The notes under the pieces were generated by a model. It was not told the DNA's origin and did not search any database. It worked only from the letters and a program-made list of their open reading frames with translations. From a bacterium (GTDB taxonomy: Bacteria > Bacteroidota > Bacteroidia > Chitinophagales > JADIYW01), in NCBI GenBank assembly GCA_037189845.1, contig JBBCIS010000008.1, positions 120,645-184,644 on the forward strand: a stretch of DNA of 64,000 nucleotides, written 5' to 3'. A program made the position numbers and the translations under genes. This document shows positions 58,889-64,000 of the stretch, one piece after another (the first letter of the stretch is position 1; every line of letters begins with the position of its first letter).

Positions 58889-59563
58889 ATGAAAATAAAC
58901 AATGTTCTGTTGCTGCTGATAAGCGCAGCTTGCCTGTTGAGCTGTCATTCAAATTTAAAAGAAGAGAAAAAGCAACAGGAAAATAATTACGTCTTCTTTC
59001 TGCACAATAAGTTTCTGGAAGATAATGTGTCAGGAACATTGGATCCTAAGTACAACACTAAGGCAGAATATAATGAGATCGTTGAGTCTTTTAAAAAAGA
59101 TGGGTTTATCGTAATCAGTGAAAAAAGAAACCCAAAGACCAACGGAAAAGCGTATGCTCAAAAAGTGGTATTACAAATTGATAGTCTGATTGCAAAAGGA
59201 GCAAACCCTCAACATATTACTGTAGTGGGAACATCCAAAGGCGGTTATATTGCACAATTTGTCTCTTCTTATGCCGGAAATCCCGATCTGAATTTTGTAC
59301 TCATAGGTTGCTACCAGGAGTCTGATTTGAATACATTTCCTGAGATAAATTTTTGTGGAAATATCTTAACTGTTTATGAAAGGTCCGATACGTTCGGAGT
59401 ATCAGCTATTAAAAGAAAAGAGCTTTCACAGCTTCCCGTCGGACATTTCAAAGAAATCGAAGTCAACACGGGATTAAAGCACGGCTTTTTGTATCCTGCA
59501 TCAGATGAATGGATAAAGCCGGCCAAAATGTGGGCGAGACAAAACTATGATTTGAAAGAGTAG
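58889..59563 (+). CDS. Alpha/beta-hydrolase fold lipoprotein
   Basis: Lipobox LLSC; GTSKGG nucleophile elbow, GLKHGF. Confidence 0.75.
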   Translation: MKINNVLLLLISAACLLSCHSNLKEEKKQQENNYVFFLHNKFLEDNVSGTLDPKYNTKAEYNEIVESFKKDGFIVISEKRNPKTNGKAYAQKVVLQIDSLIAKGANPQHITVVGTSKGGYIAQFVSSYAGNPDLNFVLIGCYQESDLNTFPEINFCGNILTVYERSDTFGVSAIKRKELSQLPVGHFKEIEVNTGLKHGFLYPASDEWIKPAKMWARQNYDLKE

Positions 59564-59648
59564 AAATTGCTTATTTTTCCGAATCTTCATTTAGTATTTC
59601 TGTCCGGATTTCTTCGTCAGGAATATACCATTCAATAAAAACGATCAG

Positions 59649-60018
59649 ATGACATTCAGATATGCCCGGCATACAGCCGATTTAAAAAGAATAGAGGAAT
59701 TTTATACAGTAATTGTTGGTCTTGAAAAATTAGGAGGATTTCAGGATCACGACAACTATGATGGCATCTTCTTAGGATTTCGGGATCAAAGCTGGCACCT
59801 GGAATTTACAGTTTCCGATGAAAATCCGGTGAGTAAATTTGATGAAGATGTTTATGTAAAGACGGAAATAGAGCGCAGCTATCAGGAAACGCATTACAGC
59901 CAATATTATCCCGATAGAAACGCCCAAAAATCCATACTGGCAAAAGTCTGGATTACAGATTGCGGATCCTGACGGATATAAAATCATTTTCGCTATCAGA
60001 CAAACCCCGGCTTTCTGA
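59649..60018 (+). pseudogene. VOC/glyoxalase (YycE-like) gene, frameshifted
   Basis: RYARHT, HDNYDGIFLG, WHLEFT in frame 1; KNPYWQKSGLQIADPDGYKIIF in another frame ending TGA 60018; shift near 59870-59878. Confidence 0.75.
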
Positions 60019-60082
60019 CCTGAAGGGAATAGCAGACAATAAAAATTTCAAGTTAGAAAAACACACAATAAGAAATATTAAA

Positions 60083-61966
60083 ATGAAACAAAATTTAATA
60101 ATTACAGGAATTCTAACAATCATCACGCTTTTCATTGATCCCGTTCAGGCACAAAAAAAAAGCTACTCTGCTCAGATTGACAGTATTCTGCAAACAACGC
60201 AGCCAAGATCTTTTAACGGAGTAGTAGTTGTATCACAAAATGGCAAGACGCTTTATTCCAAAGCCTATGGATATTCAGATTTTAACAAGAAAAAACCACT
60301 CGATATTTCGGACAGATTTTCTACTATGTCTTTAGCCAAGCAAATTACTGCGACACTCATTCTGCTGGAAGTAGAGAAAGGGACAATTGATTTGCATACA
60401 CCTATCAGAAAGTATTTGCCTGATCTGAAATACTCATGGGCGGATACAGTGACAGTTCATCATTTGCTGAATAATACTTCAGGGTTACATAGTGAAAGTA
60501 TAGATCAGCCGCTCAAATTTATTCCGGGAACAACATTCAGCTATTCCAATATCGGATTTTCTATTGCAGCAAAGGTACTGGAAGCACAATCCGGTAAAAG
60601 CTATCGGCAGCTGGTCACTGAATTATTTTCAAAATGTGGAATGACACAAAGCGCATATCCAACAAAAAAGAACAGATCTATGCTTTCGAAAGGGCATACT
60701 ATTAAGGAAAACGGAGATGCTGTCCTGAATAAGAGCATTAGCTTTCAGCCGACTCTTTTCCCCGGAAGTCATTTAATGGTGACAGCAGGCGATCTGGCAT
60801 TGTGGAATGAATGTCTGCACAATGGAAAGCTATTACAACCTGCTACTTACGATTTGATGGTCAATTATAGTACAACAGCTGTTCATCCTTTGTTTAGCAA
60901 AGAACCTGTCGGATATGGCTATGGATTGCGCATCAATGAAAAAAACGGCTTTTATGAAATAGGCCATACCGGATTTCACTCCGACGAAGGTTTTACTGCA
61001 GTGAATTTATATTATCCTGAAACCAATACCAGTGTGGTCGTTCTGGAAAATCAGGCAAACGAAAACTTTGACATTGCCTATCATTTTGAGCAGGAAGTCA
61101 GAAAAATAGTACTTAATAGCGAGCTTGTCAAAACTGTATCAAATCATGGCATCAACTCGTTGAAACAACAAATCAGTTCAATCATAGCTGGTAAAAAGGC
61201 AACAATCGGTATAGCTGTTTTGGGGCCGGATAGCAGCTCTATTGATTTTGATGGCGACAGCTTTTTCCCGATGCTGAGCACATTCAAGTTTCCTGTTGCA
61301 TTGACTGTTTTAAATAAAGTGGAGAAAGGGGAGCTATCCATGAATCAAAAGATATTCATTAAAAAAGAGGAGTTGCTGGAAAATACCTGGAGTCCTTTCC
61401 AAAAGAAGTTTCCCGAAGGCAATATTGCTATAACTATAGAAGAAGCGTTGACGTGGGTGACCTCTTACAGTGATAATAATCTTACAGATATTTTATTGAG
61501 ACTAATCGGTGGAACTGGACAAGTGGCTCAATTTATTGACAGCGATCAATTTATTATTAAAAACAATGAGGAAGATATGCATCAGAACTGGGATGCACAA
61601 TTGGTCAATAAAATTACACCAAAAGAATCTATCCGTTTGTTACAGCAATTTGATAGTGAAAAAATGTTGAATCAGGAACACACCCAATGGCTGTACAATG
61701 CTATGGTAAATAGCAATACCGGTCTGCAGCGTTTAAGAGGCAAGCTCCCTCAGGAAGTGATAGTCGCACACCGTACAGGGACTTCTTTTACCAATGATGC
61801 AGGGTTGACAGGTGCCATCAATAATTTCGGAATCATAGAGCTGCCGGACAAACAAAAAATATACATTGCCGTGTTTGTACATAATACAACGGAAGCGTTC
61901 AGCAAAGGAGAAGAAATCATTGCTGATATTGCAAAAGCCGTGTATGACTATTATCTGAAAAAATAG
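60083..61966 (+). CDS. Fusion of a class C-like serine hydrolase and a class A (A2-like) beta-lactamase
   Basis: One signal peptide; domain 1 SLAK, YSN, GHTG; domain 2 STFK, SDN, NEEDMH, HRTG; ATG at 60083 preferred. Confidence 0.85.
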   Translation: MKQNLIITGILTIITLFIDPVQAQKKSYSAQIDSILQTTQPRSFNGVVVVSQNGKTLYSKAYGYSDFNKKKPLDISDRFSTMSLAKQITATLILLEVEKGTIDLHTPIRKYLPDLKYSWADTVTVHHLLNNTSGLHSESIDQPLKFIPGTTFSYSNIGFSIAAKVLEAQSGKSYRQLVTELFSKCGMTQSAYPTKKNRSMLSKGHTIKENGDAVLNKSISFQPTLFPGSHLMVTAGDLALWNECLHNGKLLQPATYDLMVNYSTTAVHPLFSKEPVGYGYGLRINEKNGFYEIGHTGFHSDEGFTAVNLYYPETNTSVVVLENQANENFDIAYHFEQEVRKIVLNSELVKTVSNHGINSLKQQISSIIAGKKATIGIAVLGPDSSSIDFDGDSFFPMLSTFKFPVALTVLNKVEKGELSMNQKIFIKKEELLENTWSPFQKKFPEGNIAITIEEALTWVTSYSDNNLTDILLRLIGGTGQVAQFIDSDQFIIKNNEEDMHQNWDAQLVNKITPKESIRLLQQFDSEKMLNQEHTQWLYNAMVNSNTGLQRLRGKLPQEVIVAHRTGTSFTNDAGLTGAINNFGIIELPDKQKIYIAVFVHNTTEAFSKGEEIIADIAKAVYDYYLKK

Positions 61967-61994
61967 TGTTTACGTAGCTCTCAAATAAAAAACA

Positions 61995-62498
61995 GTGATA
62001 GACGAAATCGTCAGAATAGAAAACTCGTTACTAAAAGTATATGAGCTGAAAATTTCAGATCTTACTGAAGATCATGAGTGTGAGGAATATTCTGGATTTA
62101 ATTTTCAAATCAATAACCGGAGAGTAAAGTTCAGAAAGGCGAAAATAACACCTAAGAAAACAGGACTATTTGTCACTTTATGGAAAAGAAATTCAGAAGG
62201 GGATACGATACCTTTTCATGTAGACGATGACTTTGATTTCTATATCATTGCTGCAGAACAAGATCAGAATTTTGGATTTTTTCTTTTCCCCAAAGCAGTT
62301 TTAAGCGAAAAGCAGATCCTGACGAATGATAGTAAAGAAGGGAAAAGAGGATGTAGAGTTTATCCCAATTGGTGTATTCCTGAAAATAAGCAAGCACAGA
62401 AAACCAAAATGTGGCAAACAAAATACTTTATTGATTTTTGTAAAAAGGAAGAAGATATTTTTGTAGATTTTGAGCGGATATTTTTTAGTGAACAATAA
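61995..62498 (+). CDS. MepB family protein
   Basis: FRKAKITPKKTGLFVTLWKR, FFLFPK, GKRGCRVYP.W. Confidence 0.85.
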   Translation: MIDEIVRIENSLLKVYELKISDLTEDHECEEYSGFNFQINNRRVKFRKAKITPKKTGLFVTLWKRNSEGDTIPFHVDDDFDFYIIAAEQDQNFGFFLFPKAVLSEKQILTNDSKEGKRGCRVYPNWCIPENKQAQKTKMWQTKYFIDFCKKEEDIFVDFERIFFSEQ

Positions 62499-62508
62499 AG
62501 AAAGAGTA

Positions 62509-62751
62509 ATGGAGAAAAAGTTGAATGAAACAAGTACGGAAGAGCTGCTTAAAAACAAAAAGACGTTAATTGTAATTACAGGACTTCTGGCTGTTGTACT
62601 AGTTATTTTACTGATTAAAACTATTTATTCATCAGTGACAAAAGGATATGATTCGTTAATAGCAGTACCGCTTGCACTTTCTCCGATTGTAATTATCAAC
62701 TATAAGAAAATCAGAGATATTCAAAAAGAATTGCAGTCGCGAAATAACTGA
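62509..62751 (+). CDS. Small two-TM hypothetical protein
   Basis: STEELLKNKK, two hydrophobic helices, IQKELQSRN; ATG at 62509. Confidence 0.7.
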   Translation: MEKKLNETSTEELLKNKKTLIVITGLLAVVLVILLIKTIYSSVTKGYDSLIAVPLALSPIVIINYKKIRDIQKELQSRNN

Positions 62752-62777
62752 TAGGAACCTAATTAGTTCGTCATACA

Positions 62778-63971
62778 CTATTTGTTCAGTTTAGGAGCTA
62801 TTCTCAGTAGGATCATTGTCAAAACTGCCAGTGCGAATGTTGTAGCAAATAAAGTAAGAGCTGTTTCACCCTGAAAAATCCCGATAGCTGCGGCTACTGC
62901 TGCACCTAATCCCATTCTCGAAAATCCTCCCAATGCCGATGCTGCACCAACATTACCTGTAAACGGCACCAATGAAGCAGCTGTCGTATTGGGATTGATA
63001 AACCCGGTTAAGAATAAGATAGAAAAAGAAGCCACAACCATCCATTTGTATTGAATATGTTCGTTGAAATGTATCATCAGCATCGCTATAAAAGTGACGA
63101 TACACAACAAGACAGAAACCACGTTGGCAATTTTGACATAATGTACATACTTTGTAATGACGCCATTCAGATAGCTTCCTCCGATAAATCCGGCCGCATT
63201 TACTGCAAATACAATGGAAAAAGTCGATTTGTCTAATCCGTACAACGTCAGAAATATAAATGAAGCCGAGCTGATATATGCATACAAAACAGACATGGAT
63301 ACACTGCCAGCCAGCGTATAGGTCAGAAAAGTCCTGTTTTTAGAAATTTCAAAATAATCACCTGCAATCTTTTGTACACTGAGCTTATTGGAATGCATGT
63401 AAATGCTGGTCTCCGGCAGGAAGAAAAAAATCATGAGCATGACCAGAGAAGAAAAAAATGTCAGAAAGAAAAAGATATATCTCCAGCCGATAGTCTCTAC
63501 GAAAAAGCTGCCTATGCTGGGTGCGATCAGAGGTGCGACTCCCATGACCAGCATCAGTGAGGAAAAAGCTTTGGCCCTTTGATCTCTTTCAAACACATCA
63601 CTGATGATCGCATTGGAAGCGACCATACCTACGCAACCGCCCAAAGCCTGTAGCAGACGCATCCCTGTCATTGTTTGGATATCAGGTGACAATGCACAAC
63701 CCAATGCCGCAATCGCATATATCAGGAGACCAAACAATAGTGGTTTTTTCCTGCCGTACTTATCTACTATCGGTCCATAAATGAGTTGTCCGATAGCGAT
63801 TCCTATAAAATAGGATGTCAGTGTAAATGCTACCTGCTTCTCATTAGTGCCAAAGTCTTTAGCTATCTGCTGAAATCCGGGCAGATACATATCTATAGAA
63901 AATGGTCCGAGAGCTGCTAAAATTCCCAACAATACGATCAGGAAAGTTTTATTGATAAGTGCTTGCGACAT
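62778..63971 (-). CDS. Bcr/CflA family MFS multidrug efflux transporter
   Basis: PFSIDMYLPGF, GQLIYGPIVDKYGRKKPL, RLLQALGG, APLIAPSIG, LPET. Confidence 0.95.
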   Translation of the reverse strand: MSQALINKTFLIVLLGILAALGPFSIDMYLPGFQQIAKDFGTNEKQVAFTLTSYFIGIAIGQLIYGPIVDKYGRKKPLLFGLLIYAIAALGCALSPDIQTMTGMRLLQALGGCVGMVASNAIISDVFERDQRAKAFSSLMLVMGVAPLIAPSIGSFFVETIGWRYIFFFLTFFSSLVMLMIFFFLPETSIYMHSNKLSVQKIAGDYFEISKNRTFLTYTLAGSVSMSVLYAYISSASFIFLTLYGLDKSTFSIVFAVNAAGFIGGSYLNGVITKYVHYVKIANVVSVLLCIVTFIAMLMIHFNEHIQYKWMVVASFSILFLTGFINPNTTAASLVPFTGNVGAASALGGFSRMGLGAAVAAAIGIFQGETALTLFATTFALAVLTMILLRIAPKLNK

Positions 63972-64000
63972 TGATGATGATTCAAATGTACTGGATAATT

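Noticed and set aside
59960-60082. Upstream extension of the beta-lactamase fusion ORF
   Set aside because: It overlaps the frameshifted 3' end of the VOC pseudogene; the signal peptide starts at ATG 60083.
1-64000. CRISPR array, rRNA, tRNA, integrase or transposase
   Set aside because: No regularly spaced repeat-spacer units, no cloverleaf or T-loop context (GGTTCGA near 11536 and 36213 lacks tRNA structure), and no recombinase or DDE motifs in any ORF.

Overview
This is a Bacteroidota chromosomal window. The evidence is repeated TAnnTTTG -7 promoter boxes, AT-rich starts without Shine-Dalgarno sites and an extended S16; finer taxonomy cannot be fixed from the sequence. Housekeeping genes (fbp, scoAB, mqnD, ffh, hisS, gpmI, nadC, typA, rpsP-rimM-trmD-rplS) alternate with accessory blocks. 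I found no rRNA, tRNA, CRISPR array, integrase or transposase. Four signals stand out. (1) An unannotated 16-codon leader ORF (MKNQLIFIRPYCCGIL, 22011-22061, minus strand) precedes a TonB-dependent receptor that has no Cys and only one internal Met in 850 aa. Its Tyr-Cys-Cys codons pair with the receptor's translation-initiation region, suggesting a cysteine-sensing attenuator for sulfur scavenging. (2) A decayed integron-like cassette array without an integrase has an attC-like hairpin and carries broken AbiH-like and RelA/SpoT small alarmone synthetase genes. (3) A hybrid kinase, an NtrC-type activator and a sigma54 promoter with upstream activator sites appear to drive a hyaluronan-synthase/NodC-like GT2. 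(4) One ORF fuses a class C-like serine hydrolase to a class A beta-lactamase. All calls come from motifs read by eye; no database searches were run.
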